A DNA stretch of 64,000 nt from Bdellovibrionales bacterium (GTDB taxonomy: Bacteria > Bdellovibrionota > Bdellovibrionia > Bdellovibrionales > UBA1609), in assembly GCA_041690295.1 (NCBI GenBank), contig JAWLHR010000004.1, positions 1 through 64,000 of the forward strand, written 5' to 3'. Within the stretch, counting starts at the first letter, position 1; the number at the start of each line of letters is the position of its first letter. The notes beneath the pieces are model-generated. The model had not been told where the DNA came from, ran no database searches, and saw nothing but the letters and a program-made list of their open reading frames with translations. The translations under genes were made by a program, and so were the position numbers. This document shows, piece by piece, positions 1-9,731 of this stretch.

Positions 1-120
1 TGGCAAAAACCATGAGAGCCGAATATACGATCGATTGCGCGACTCACTTGGCCAGGAAACTTTTTGTTGCACCGGGGCGGGTCCATATACGGGCACAGTC
101 CCTCTCGCGGCGGCGCCGTT

Positions 121-1227
121 CTATTTAATCAAGAGATCCAAATTCGTTGAAAAGCGAATCCGTCGGCCATTGAGGTGAACGTCATAAATTTCGAGATGTT
201 CGTGTTTTCGAATGTAGAACTCGGGCGAAAGGCTCAATCGCTCGGTCAGAAGCTCGATCCAGTTCCCTTTTTTCGCTCCAAGTTCGCTCTGACATTCATT
301 AAACCGCTGGGACAAACCGGCTATATCACCTGACCAGGCTAATGAGGCGCAGTCGACTCTCCACTCCAAATTGTAAACAGGGCTTGGATCCGGTTTGAAT
401 GATTCAAAGTAAAATACCCGATTCTCCAGGCTTTCACTAAAATGGGTGATGGCTTTAAGTTCCCACGGGCCGGCCGCTTTCTTGGCCGCATCCATCAGCG
501 CATTGATGGTGGTCAAAGCTTCTTCTTGGACCAATGAATTGATGTGATCGTTGAATTGCCGTTCATAAGCGGCGAGCATCGTATCTTTAAAAATTCGCAT
601 GGAGAGTTCGGTGAAATCCTCGCCCTTAAACACTTCGCGCTTTCCGTGTTCGAGATAACTCTGATATTGGTCGAAAAGCTGCGAAAATGGCGGCGCCTCG
701 GTTTTTTGAATCAGGCCAAAATGCCCACGTAAAAAGCGGGCGGCCATGGCCAGTGGATCCGTTGGCGTTCGGGTCGCGATAAATTCCTCGAATCGATGAG
801 CCGGGCAACTGGCGTCGCCCGTCCATGCAAAATATTCGGTTTGGGCATGGCTATCGGGCAATTGGGCCACGGCTTTCGGGACTATGGAAAAAGGCGCGCC
901 GGAATTCGCCCGTTGAAAAACCAGCTTATCGTCTAAAATCAGGTAGTAATGTGATCCGAAGTTTTGTTCGGCGATCACGCCGGGACCTGGCGAAGCCGCC
1001 CGTGCGCATCGTGAGTCCCGGACCCAAACTCGGAGGAATTTCGGGCTCAAAAATATGGGGGTCTTAAGCACATCCAGGCCCAGAAGAGCCGCGGTCGCAC
1101 AGTTGGGCCCTTCATAATGAGGGTTCTCCACCAGCCGTGTGATGATGTTGAGGTCAGGTTATTTGCCCAATTCTGAGGCCATTCCGACCTGTTGAACCAA
1201 TAAGAGGGCGAAAATAAGTGTACGCAT
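121..1227 (-). pseudogene. Secreted papain-like (GPNC...H) protein interrupted by an in-frame TAA at 1159-1161
   Basis: Reading upstream in frame from ORF 121..1131 gives MRTLIFALLLVQQVGMASELGK*PDLNIITRLVENPHYEGPNC. ATG at 1227 follows AGGTGG and starts a signal peptide; GPNC plus a downstream SHYY His suggest a Cys-His dyad. Confidence 0.6.
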
Positions 1228-1254
1228 TGACCACCTGTGAGTTTTGCTCTGAAG

Positions 1255-1270
1255 TGCAATCCGATCGCCA
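1255..1270 (-). promoter_or_regulatory. sigma54 (-24/-12) promoter
   Basis: TGGCGATCGGATTGCA on the minus strand, GG-N10-GC, about 30 nt upstream of ATG 1227. Confidence 0.5.
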
Positions 1271-1424
1271 AACCACCTGGTCATTTATTAGGGGCCCGGT
1301 GGACATATTCATTTCGGGTGACCAGAATTGGCACCGGCGGCTGTCGCAGTGCCCTCTTGCCGAGGTATCAAAAGAGACATACCATTGATCTCCAGGCATC
1401 CCGGTTGGCTGCTTAAAAACGGAC

Positions 1425-2321
1425 TTGAAAAAGAGCGCATTGATCGCCGTCGGCGAACTTGTTTTTGCGTCTAGTTTGTGGGGCTTCGGCTTCGTGGCGG
1501 CCGTTTGGGCTTTGCGCGTGATCGATGCCTTTGAACTGACTTTCCTGCGTTTCGCGCTGGCGGCCATGGTCGGCCTCCCGATGCTTTATTTCAATGTTTC
1601 AAAAATTCCGTTTAAGCGATTTCTTCGTTTAAGTCTGATTCCCGCGTTGCTCTTAAGCGGGACACTGATTTTCCAAACTTGGGGTCTCCAGTACACAACC
1701 GCCACCAAATGCGGCTTTATCACCACCCTTTATGTGGTGATGGTTCCCATGATGGAATCGGTGCACATGCGGCGCAATCTCCAGCCGTCCATCTGGCTCT
1801 GTGTTTTGACCGCGTTTCTCGGCACGTTATTGATCGTCAACGTCGGGCTGACCGGTTTCAACATCGGCGACGGCCTGACGTTGATTTGCGCGATTCTTGC
1901 GGCCTTTCAGATTTACTACATTGGATTGATCAGTCCGGAAATTAAATTGCCGTTCACGTTCAATGTTTTTCAGGTGGTTTGGTCCGCGCTCATTTGTTCA
2001 CCTTTTCTCTTTCATGGGAACTTGATCGAGGAACTGTGGAATGTCCGCCATTGGCCGGGTACGGCGATTGTCGGTGTGGGATCACTGGCGTTCGGCAGCA
2101 CCGTGATCGCTTTTTCGTTGCAGGTGAAAGCGCAGGCGAAACTTTCGCCGACAATTTCATCGTTGCTCTTTTTATTGGAATCGCCATTCGCCATGCTTTT
2201 CGCGCTCACCATTCTCGGTGAGAAGCTGGGATGGATGGAGTCCATCGGCGCGGGATTGATTCTGACCGCGGCTGTTGGGGCCACTTGGATTGAAGCCAAC
2301 CGCAAGAAAAAGAAAGGTTGA
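1425..2321 (+). CDS. DMT/EamA family transporter
   Basis: About 10 hydrophobic helices in two EamA-like halves (LWGFGF, FLRF, LESPFA..LGEK). Confidence 0.9.
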   Translation: MKKSALIAVGELVFASSLWGFGFVAAVWALRVIDAFELTFLRFALAAMVGLPMLYFNVSKIPFKRFLRLSLIPALLLSGTLIFQTWGLQYTTATKCGFITTLYVVMVPMMESVHMRRNLQPSIWLCVLTAFLGTLLIVNVGLTGFNIGDGLTLICAILAAFQIYYIGLISPEIKLPFTFNVFQVVWSALICSPFLFHGNLIEELWNVRHWPGTAIVGVGSLAFGSTVIAFSLQVKAQAKLSPTISSLLFLLESPFAMLFALTILGEKLGWMESIGAGLILTAAVGATWIEANRKKKKG

Positions 2322-2353
2322 TTTCACCGGCCGCGGTTGAAAAACTTTGAAGC

Positions 2354-3127
2354 ATGACTTTAATTCAAGCTTTGATTTTGGCCGTTGTGGAAGGTCTGAC
2401 GGAATACTTGCCGGTGTCGTCGACCGGACACATTATTCTTTCTTCCTGGCTCATGGGCATCCATGAGAACGACTTCGTAAAAGACTACACGATCATGGTT
2501 CAATTCGGCGCGATCGCCGCCGTATTGGTTCTTTATTGGAAGAAGTTTTTGTTGAATTTCCGTCTCTATCCGATTGTTTTCATCGCTTTTTTGCCGGCGG
2601 CGGTGATTGGTTTGGCGGTCAAAAACCAAATTGATCAAATTCTGGGCGATGTCCGCATCGTGGGCATTGCTTTATTGATCGGCGGCGTGATGCTGGTTCT
2701 CACCGATCGCTGGATTCGCAACCTAAAACCCAAGTACACCGAACCTGATCAAATGCCTCCGGCCGCCGCATTGAGAATCGGACTATTTCAGCTTCTGGCG
2801 TTTATCCCTGGCGTTTCCCGGAGTGCGGCCAGTATCTGGGGCGGTCTTCACCAGCGATTAACCTTGGTGGCCGCGACGGAGTTTTCTTTTTTTCTCGCGG
2901 TACCGACATTAACCGGTGCTTCCGCCATCAAATTTTTAAAGGTGTGGCCCACAGTGACCCCCGAGCAGATTCAGTTCATGCTCTGGGGGAACGTGGTTTC
3001 GTTTTTCGTCGGTGTGCTCGCGATACACTATTTCGTGCGCTTGGTGGCCCGCTACGGATTACGGCATTTCGGGTACTACCGAATTTTGATCGGTATTGCC
3101 GTCCTGGCCCAAGTTTATATGGGGTGA
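2354..3127 (+). CDS. uppP: Undecaprenyl-diphosphate phosphatase (BacA)
   Basis: VEGLTEYLPVSSTGH and PGVSRSAASI signature motifs. Confidence 0.95.
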   Translation: MTLIQALILAVVEGLTEYLPVSSTGHIILSSWLMGIHENDFVKDYTIMVQFGAIAAVLVLYWKKFLLNFRLYPIVFIAFLPAAVIGLAVKNQIDQILGDVRIVGIALLIGGVMLVLTDRWIRNLKPKYTEPDQMPPAAALRIGLFQLLAFIPGVSRSAASIWGGLHQRLTLVAATEFSFFLAVPTLTGASAIKFLKVWPTVTPEQIQFMLWGNVVSFFVGVLAIHYFVRLVARYGLRHFGYYRILIGIAVLAQVYMG

Positions 3128-3598
3128 ATATCTGATTTTCTTTCGGCAACCGCGCGGTTTAACGGGCGGGGGATTCAGCTTCGCGTCCACCACGGCTTCG
3201 ACCGCCGATCGGTGTGAGATCGTGCCATTCGCCAACTGAAGGTAAATTTGCTGCTCCAGGTTTTGCCGCGTGGCTTTGATGTCCACGTGTTCCGGCCAAA
3301 GATTCTGCGGATGATTGGAGCCGCCCATGAACAACGGGATGAAATGATCCACGGTGTACTGCGAGCGACATTTTTCGGGAATGCCATAGGCTTCGTAGAT
3401 CCGCTTTTTAACATGTCGTGACACAGCTCGAAAGCAGGTGGGAACTCGCTCTTCGTATCGATATTCCATGAAATCACGATCTTCAGGGGTGCAGAAATCG
3501 CCAGAGGTTAATTCCGGATCCGGTGTCAGCGGCACTTCGTAAGCGTTTGCATAAAAAACAGGCAAAAATACGGCGATGACAAGTGCGGCTCGGACCAT
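3059..3598 (-). CDS. Secreted HNH-family nuclease
   Basis: Signal peptide; YTVDHFIPLFMGGSNHPQNLWPE HNH motif; GGAGGGGG RBS. Confidence 0.75.
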   Translation of the reverse strand: MVRAALVIAVFLPVFYANAYEVPLTPDPELTSGDFCTPEDRDFMEYRYEERVPTCFRAVSRHVKKRIYEAYGIPEKCRSQYTVDHFIPLFMGGSNHPQNLWPEHVDIKATRQNLEQQIYLQLANGTISHRSAVEAVVDAKLNPPPVKPRGCRKKIRYSPHINLGQDGNTDQNSVVPEMP

Positions 3599-3821
3599 GA
3601 ATCCCCCTCCCTTTGAATACTGATCCCAAGAAAATTTTGCATAAGTCGGCGGAGTGAACGCAAATTTCGGCGGGCGACCAAACAGAATTCAAAAAATTGA
3701 TCCGAGCGAATGTGGATATGTGAATTGCGCGTTGCAAAAAATCTGAGATGCGAAATCGATTTCATCTGATGAAAAGTGCGTTAAAGTGTCCCCATTCAAT
3801 TGGTTTTTTCTGGAGGCGGTT

Positions 3822-4046
3822 ATGAGTTTAGGCCCCATGGAATTGGCATTGTTGCTTGGTTTGGCCGTTCTACTTTTTGGGCCATCGCGATTACCTGGGC
3901 TTGGAAAAGCCATGGGTGAAGCGATCCGTGGATTCAAAAAGGGTATGGACGGTGAGGATGACAAACCTACGCCCGAACAAATCACGGAAGCATCCACCGA
4001 CAAGACCAAGCAAACCGAAAAAACTAACGAAAAAGATAAAGTCTAA
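3822..4046 (+). CDS. tatA: Twin-arginine translocase TatA/E subunit
   Basis: N-terminal TM then LLFGPSRLPGLGKAMGEAIRGFKK; GGAGG RBS before ATG 3822. Confidence 0.93.
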   Translation: MSLGPMELALLLGLAVLLFGPSRLPGLGKAMGEAIRGFKKGMDGEDDKPTPEQITEASTDKTKQTEKTNEKDKV

Positions 4047-4069
4047 TCATCTTTAAAGGAGCGAACAGC

Positions 4070-4789
4070 ATGTTGCAGTCATTATTTGGGGACACCTACA
4101 ATCTTATTCATTTCACCATGCGCTGGTTGCACGTTTTTTTCGGCGTGATTTGGATCGGCCATCTCTATTATTTCAATTTCGTTCAGGGCGCGTTCATGAA
4201 CGAGACGGATCCGAATGCTAAATCGCAGGTTTTGCAGAAACTGGCTCCGCGCGCGCTTTGGTGGTTCCGTTACGGCGCGCTGGGAACCTTTCTCACTGGC
4301 GTAATCATGCTCAGCTATAAAGGCCATCTCGATGCGGCCTCGCACGGATCGGCGGTTTTCGCCAGCTCCTACTGGATCAGCATTTTGACCGGTTCGCTAC
4401 TTGGAACGTTGATGTTCCTGAATGTTTGGCTGGTGATCTGGCCTAAACAAAAAATAGTTATAGCGAACGCCAAGCAGACGGCCAACGGCGGTCAGCCCAT
4501 TCCCGAAGCGGCCGCGGCCGGTGTCCGCGCGACGGTGGCGTCCCGAACCAATACGCTTTTTTCCATTCCGTTGTTGTTCTTCATGGTGGGATCCAGCCAC
4601 TTGGGATATCAAATTACCGAGAACTCACAGGTCACGCTTTATTGGATTGTGGCTTTGATCGTGATCGGCGCGATTCAAGGCAATGCGCTCTATGGTAAGA
4701 CAGGTCCCATGACGACGATTCGAGGCGTGATCACCTCTGGATTCGTTCTCACATTGGCACTCAGTGGTTTAGTAACTGTTTTAGTTTAA
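4070..4789 (+). CDS. Urate hydroxylase PuuD-like membrane protein (N-terminal domain only)
   Basis: RWLHVFFGVIWIGHLYYFNF, NVWLVIWPKQK and SRTNTLFSIPLLFFMVGSSH match the urate_ox_N/DUF989 family; no CxxCH. Confidence 0.75.
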   Translation: MLQSLFGDTYNLIHFTMRWLHVFFGVIWIGHLYYFNFVQGAFMNETDPNAKSQVLQKLAPRALWWFRYGALGTFLTGVIMLSYKGHLDAASHGSAVFASSYWISILTGSLLGTLMFLNVWLVIWPKQKIVIANAKQTANGGQPIPEAAAAGVRATVASRTNTLFSIPLLFFMVGSSHLGYQITENSQVTLYWIVALIVIGAIQGNALYGKTGPMTTIRGVITSGFVLTLALSGLVTVLV

Positions 4790-4803
4790 TTCAGGTGCAT
4801 GAG

Positions 4804-4830
4804 CACGGTCTTGACAGTGTCAAGAACGTG
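4804..4830. promoter_or_regulatory. Inverted repeat, candidate operator/UAS
   Basis: CACGGTCTTGACA-G-TGTCAAGAACGTG; 13-bp arms with one mismatch and a perfect TCTTGACA-G-TGTCAAGA core. Confidence 0.45.
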
Positions 4831-4861
4831 GATGCCTAAACCCAACTAAGTGCGGTAATGA

Positions 4862-4877
4862 TGGCGCTCCTCTTGCT
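4862..4877 (+). promoter_or_regulatory. sigma54 promoter
   Basis: TGGCGCTCCTCTTGCT, GG-N10-GC, upstream of CDS 4919. Confidence 0.55.
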
Positions 4878-4918
4878 CTTCACCGGTATGTTGGAAGGGG
4901 TGAGGGGAGTGCGTCAAT

Positions 4919-5899
4919 ATGAGATTCCGGTCATTGGGGCTGAAAAAACGCCCTAAAAGCAATACGTCGCCTAAGACTAAGAAGAATCCATTAAAAATCG
5001 TTCTGGCTGATGATGATACGTCCTTCGCACGCCGGTTTAGTCAATTTTTAACTGAACGGGGATACGAGACCCGTATTGTGTCCACGATCTCGCAGGCCAA
5101 GGAACTTATAGAGTTCTGGTTGCCGGATGCCGCTTTTGTGAATCTTATGCTGCCGGAGAGCAATGCTTTGTCGTTACTCCGGTTCGTCCATACCCGAAGT
5201 TTAAAAAGGATCCCGAAGGTGGTGGTGATGTCCACGCAGACCATTCCTCAAGGTGTGGAGACCATGCGCCGGGCCGGGGCCACCGAATATCTAGTGAAGC
5301 CGTTCGCCTTCGAAGACGCGATTCGGATCATTGATCCCGAGGCGGTCAAAACAGAAGAGCCCGTGGAGAAAGAGAAAAAGGAGACGCCGGATCCTGGCGC
5401 TTCGATGATCCGGGAACTTCACCTTCTCAATCTGATCATCAAGCAAGCCACCATCGGCGGTGATGTGCAAACCAAGCTCTTCAATCTGATGCGAATGATC
5501 AGCATGAAGGTGCAAGCTCTGCGCTGTTCATTCATCCGGTGTTTGGATGACGAAACGGGGATTGTGCTGGCGTCGAATGACGATGAGACCGTCACCGATC
5601 TGCCGCTTCAGCTCAAGTATTATCCGGAAGTGCGCGAAGTGCGGAAGAACGGCCGTCCGCTTGTGATCACAAACATAAGAACCTCGGATTTGCTGGCTCC
5701 GGTGAAGGATCAGCTGGCAAAAACACCGTTTGAAACCATCGCGGTCTTCCCGGTCTTTTGTCGTGGTGAGTTTTACGGTGTTGTTAGCGTGCGTATGGAG
5801 CAACGGAACAAAGACGAAATCTATTACGTGGAAAAATTCGGTCAGGTCTGTTCGCAAATCATTTCACTTGCCATTGGGAGCAGCGCAACCCCGGCCTGA
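4919..5899 (+). CDS. Atypical receiver domain + GAF domain protein
   Basis: IVLADDD...KPF receiver with Asn at the phospho-Asp position (AAFVNLMLP); C-terminal GAF-like region (IAVFPVFCRGEFYGVV). Confidence 0.8.
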   Translation: MRFRSLGLKKRPKSNTSPKTKKNPLKIVLADDDTSFARRFSQFLTERGYETRIVSTISQAKELIEFWLPDAAFVNLMLPESNALSLLRFVHTRSLKRIPKVVVMSTQTIPQGVETMRRAGATEYLVKPFAFEDAIRIIDPEAVKTEEPVEKEKKETPDPGASMIRELHLLNLIIKQATIGGDVQTKLFNLMRMISMKVQALRCSFIRCLDDETGIVLASNDDETVTDLPLQLKYYPEVREVRKNGRPLVITNIRTSDLLAPVKDQLAKTPFETIAVFPVFCRGEFYGVVSVRMEQRNKDEIYYVEKFGQVCSQIISLAIGSSATPA

Positions 5900-5950
5900 T
5901 CCGCGTTGCCTTGGCTCTCCACTATCCTTAATCTGGATAGGGGAGGCCTC

Positions 5951-7138
5951 ATGTTTAAATTGGGCATAGAACGATTGCTGGAAGAACGCCAACTTCAAGA
6001 TCGATTGAAGGGGCGTAAGCTCGCGCTGCTCGCTCACCCCGCATCGGTCTCGCAATCTCTCGAACATTCCCTCGATTTGCTGATTCAAGCCGATTTTGAT
6101 GTGGTGGCGGCCTTCGGTCCGCAGCATGGAATGCGCGGCGAAAAGCAAGACAACATGATTGAAAGCGATGATTACGTGGACCCCACCCACCAAATTCCGG
6201 TTCATAGCCTCTACGGCAAAGTGCGAAGGCCCACACCGCAGATGATGGAAGGCTGGGACGTGTTGCTGGTGGATCTGCAGGATGTGGGATGCCGGATTTA
6301 TACGTTTCTCACCACCTTGTTTTACATGCTTGAAGCGGCGGAAGAATATGACCGGGAAATTTGGGTGCTCGATCGCCCGAACCCCGCGGGCCGTGCCATC
6401 GAAGGTCATATTCTGGATATGAAGTTTGAAAGCTTCGTGGGGGCGGCGCCCGTGCCCATGCGCCATGGGTTTACGTTGGGTGAAGCGGCCCTTTGGTACA
6501 AGGATCACAAAAAACTTAAAGTCGATTTGACCGTTGTCTCCATGGAAGACTACCGACCGAGCGAGGAGCCGTGGCCGAATTTATCCTGGGTGAATCCGTC
6601 GCCGAATATACCGCGCGTGAGTTGCACGAAAATTTATCCCGGATCGGTTCTCATCGAAGGCACATTATTATCCGAAGGACGGGGCACCACGATTCCATTG
6701 GAAATTTTCGGCGCGCCGAAATTGGATACCGAGCGGATTTTAAAAGATATGTATTCGCTCGCGCCGCAGTGGCTTGAGGGATGCCGCATGCGCCCCGCTT
6801 ACTTTGAACCCACGTTTCATAAATTCAAAGGCGAGCTGGTGAACGCCATTCAAGTTCATGTGGACGGTCCTTGGACCAATGCATCGGGATTCAAGCCGTA
6901 TCGGCTGATCAATTTGTTCTTCAAATGCGTCCACCGGGTGCATCCGGATTTGGAAATCTGGCGCCCGCCGCCTTATGAGTACGAAACCAAACTCATGCCG
7001 ATCGACATTTTGAGCGGACACGATCAGTTGCGGAACTGGGTGCATGAAAAAGATGCGTTGATTCAGGAATGGGATCGCTCTTTGGCCCGCGATGAAACCG
7101 CCTGGGCCGAGGAGCGGCGCACGTTCTTACTCTATTAA
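5951..7138 (+). CDS. Exo-beta-N-acetylmuramidase NamZ family (DUF1343)
   Basis: FGPQHG, HSLYG, DLQDVGCRIYTF, DRPNP, SPNIP and SEGRGT motifs; GGGAGG RBS before ATG 5951. Confidence 0.88.
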   Translation: MFKLGIERLLEERQLQDRLKGRKLALLAHPASVSQSLEHSLDLLIQADFDVVAAFGPQHGMRGEKQDNMIESDDYVDPTHQIPVHSLYGKVRRPTPQMMEGWDVLLVDLQDVGCRIYTFLTTLFYMLEAAEEYDREIWVLDRPNPAGRAIEGHILDMKFESFVGAAPVPMRHGFTLGEAALWYKDHKKLKVDLTVVSMEDYRPSEEPWPNLSWVNPSPNIPRVSCTKIYPGSVLIEGTLLSEGRGTTIPLEIFGAPKLDTERILKDMYSLAPQWLEGCRMRPAYFEPTFHKFKGELVNAIQVHVDGPWTNASGFKPYRLINLFFKCVHRVHPDLEIWRPPPYEYETKLMPIDILSGHDQLRNWVHEKDALIQEWDRSLARDETAWAEERRTFLLY

Positions 7139-8313
7139 GCCGCGAGATCCCCTGATTTTTCGGGGCGGGGGCGATAAAGCTCTTCACTGAGCACTTTGGT
7201 TTTTGGAATCTCCACCCAGAATGTGGTGCCTTGACCGACCTTGGAGCGAAACTCCAATTTTCCACCCATGCCTTCCGCCAGCTTTCGGCTGATGGGCATG
7301 CCTAAGCCGGTGCCCGTGTGGTGAAGCGAAACATTTCCGATCGTTTCGAATTCATTAAAGACTTTTTCCGCCTGATCTTCAGAGATGCCTTTTCCCGTGT
7401 CCTCGAAAAAAATTTTGACCCATTCCGCTGACTCTTCAATCCGAACCGTGAGCGTGCCTTGCGGTTTATTGTATTTGATGCCGTTGTTCACGATGTTCGA
7501 GACCACTTGTCGCAGCCGGACTTCATCGTAATAGCACATCACCGATGGCGGCCAGTCGGTACTGATCAGTTTAACGGAATAGCTTTCGGCCATTCCCTCA
7601 TAGTTGCGAAGAATGGCTCGCAAAAGAGGAATCAAATCCTGATTTTCAATGTAAAAATCCATTTTGCCGGCGCGGATCTTAGCGAAATCCAAAATGTCGT
7701 TCACGAGGTCGGAAAGGTGCTGGCCCTGATTGTGGATGATCTCGATGAACTCCTGCATTTGTTCGGGCGTATCATAGATCCCGAGCTTGAGAATCTCGGC
7801 GGCCGAGACCATGGCGGCCAACGGAGTTCTCAGTTCATGAGTGGTGATGGCGATGAAGCGGTCTTTGGCCACATCAAGTTCTTTGAGTTGGCGATTTTGT
7901 TTTAACAATTCCTCGTGGGCGGCGTTGATTTCGATCTGCTTGGCCGTGATTTCGCGCTGGAGTTTTTTCTGAATGGTCACGTCCTGGAACATGATGATCG
8001 TGACCGGCGAACCGTCGATGGTCATGGATTTGAGACCGACATTGGCGATCAGACTTCCGCCGCGCGGATTGGCCATGAGCACGTCGTGGTAAAGGCCGTC
8101 GTGGCGCAAAAATTCAGGGGAAAAGTTCAAGTATTGGCCCCCTTCGCGTCCGCGGGGGATCAAGTCAATCAATCGCATCGAAGGTTGGCCGAGGAGCTGG
8201 GTGGCCATCTTGTTGATGTAAATGCTTTCGCCGTTTTCATCAAAGACCACGATGCCGAACATCGCTTCCATAGCCAGAGTTTCGTAGAGTTGGTTGAGAT
8301 CGCGGTTTTTCAC
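7135..8313 (-). CDS. PAS-domain cytoplasmic sensor histidine kinase
   Basis: H-box THELRTPL, N-box NIVNNGIKY, G-boxes DTGKGI and GTGLGM. Confidence 0.92.
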   Translation of the reverse strand: MKNRDLNQLYETLAMEAMFGIVVFDENGESIYINKMATQLLGQPSMRLIDLIPRGREGGQYLNFSPEFLRHDGLYHDVLMANPRGGSLIANVGLKSMTIDGSPVTIIMFQDVTIQKKLQREITAKQIEINAAHEELLKQNRQLKELDVAKDRFIAITTHELRTPLAAMVSAAEILKLGIYDTPEQMQEFIEIIHNQGQHLSDLVNDILDFAKIRAGKMDFYIENQDLIPLLRAILRNYEGMAESYSVKLISTDWPPSVMCYYDEVRLRQVVSNIVNNGIKYNKPQGTLTVRIEESAEWVKIFFEDTGKGISEDQAEKVFNEFETIGNVSLHHTGTGLGMPISRKLAEGMGGKLEFRSKVGQGTTFWVEIPKTKVLSEELYRPRPEKSGDLAA

Positions 8314-8314
8314 A

Positions 8315-9199
8315 TCAACCCTCGCTCAGGAACTTGATGAAATCGCCGGCGCGTTCCAGCGCCCGCTTGAGTTCTTGAAGAAGGGTTTTAAGGCCCGCTT
8401 CCGGATCGATCGCCAGGCGGCCGAGAACTTCTTTGGGCGCGCCCGGTATCCGGTTATGTCCCGAGTTGCCGAACTTCAACGCGTGCGTCAGGAGATTGGC
8501 GAGCAAGACGATATCGATGTCGCGGTTCATGTCACTGGTGAGCGAGGAGCGATCCGCCAGATCCGGACTGTGGTGATATTTGATCGCGTTTTGAACGGTG
8601 AGGGGGAGATTCCATTTTTGCGCGAGGGCGTGGCCGACGAAAGTGTGACGGGGAGTGCCCAGTTTTATTTCGCCCTCGATAAAGGTGAGATTTTCTTCCG
8701 CCGCGGCGGCCACCACATTCATCAGCATTTCCGGATCGATGGTATAAATCGCCACTTTCCCCATGTCGTGCACCAATCCGCAGGTGAACAGGTCCGACGG
8801 CACGGGATGGTGAATGTGCTTGGCGATGGTTTCCGACACCACGGCGACGCCGATCGCATGTTTCCAAAAACTGGGGAGATCAAAATGGCCCTTCACCGAT
8901 TTGGCATCCAAAGCGCGGATGATTGAGGCCGCGAGCACCAGCTGGTTGACGGTATCGAATCCCAGATAGGCGATGGCGCGACTGAGGGAAGTCACTCCGC
9001 CCGGAATGGCGTAGTAGGCGGAATTCACCAGCTTCAGTACGGTGGCCGAAAGACTCTGGTCTTTGGCCATGATGGCCTCGACGTCGGAGGTGGAGGACAT
9101 GGGATCATTGATCACCCGACTCAGCTCATAAACCACCGAGGGAAGAGTGGGCAGGTCCTCAAGACGTTGAACGATGCTTTCGAGCGTTTGCGGTTCCAC
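8315..9199 (-). CDS. HDOD domain protein
   Basis: LPTLP...VLKLVNSAYY...AIAYLG, FWKHAI, LVHDMGK, WNLP motifs. Confidence 0.92.
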   Translation of the reverse strand: MEPQTLESIVQRLEDLPTLPSVVYELSRVINDPMSSTSDVEAIMAKDQSLSATVLKLVNSAYYAIPGGVTSLSRAIAYLGFDTVNQLVLAASIIRALDAKSVKGHFDLPSFWKHAIGVAVVSETIAKHIHHPVPSDLFTCGLVHDMGKVAIYTIDPEMLMNVVAAAAEENLTFIEGEIKLGTPRHTFVGHALAQKWNLPLTVQNAIKYHHSPDLADRSSLTSDMNRDIDIVLLANLLTHALKFGNSGHNRIPGAPKEVLGRLAIDPEAGLKTLLQELKRALERAGDFIKFLSEG

Positions 9200-9206
9200 G
9201 AGCCTC

Positions 9207-9662
9207 CTAAGCCACCAGTTTAGGCAGGGGGCGGTCCGGGAAAAGCTCCTTTAGTTTGGTGCTCACTCTTTGAAAGGTCACGGGTTTTAAAATGTAACCG
9301 TTCACATTCAACTGCTTGGCCTGAACGATGTAATCCTTTTCGGAAACCGCGGTGACCAGAACCACCGGCAACTGGTTCCAAGTTTCATTTTCCCGCACAT
9401 TACGTAACAAAGAGATGCCATCCATTCGCGGCATCATGATGTCGGAAATCACCGCCACGACTCTTTTATGTTCGCCGGAAACCAGGGCGTCCCAGGCATT
9501 TTGCCCGTCTTCGCAGGCCACCACGTGAAAGCCCAGCTTGACCAGCAGGTGAGCGAGGATTTTGCGATTGGGCGCGGAATCCTCGGCGATAATGATGGTG
9601 TCTAATTCCTCTGATTTTGTCTCTTCGGTTTGAGTGTTTTCTTCGGAATTGGTTTCGGACAT
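9207..9662 (-). CDS. Single-domain response regulator (CheY-like)
   Basis: IAEDS, ISDIMMPRMDG, YILKP. Confidence 0.92.
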   Translation of the reverse strand: MSETNSEENTQTEETKSEELDTIIIAEDSAPNRKILAHLLVKLGFHVVACEDGQNAWDALVSGEHKRVVAVISDIMMPRMDGISLLRNVRENETWNQLPVVLVTAVSEKDYIVQAKQLNVNGYILKPVTFQRVSTKLKELFPDRPLPKLVA

Positions 9663-9686
9663 GTGTTGACCTCTTAGCCTTGATTT

Positions 9687-9713
9687 TTATCGGCTTTTAA
9701 TCGGTCCACTTAT
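9687..9713 (-). promoter_or_regulatory. sigma28 (FliA) promoter
   Basis: Minus strand ATAAG-N14-GCCGATAA (perfect -10 box), 25 nt upstream of ATG 9662. Confidence 0.6.
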
Positions 9714-9731
9714 AGAGGTTTGGTTTAAAAT

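Noticed and set aside
1154..1567. 137-aa minus-strand ORF
   Set aside because: Overlaps the EamA gene and the promoter and signal peptide of the pseudogene, in a different frame.
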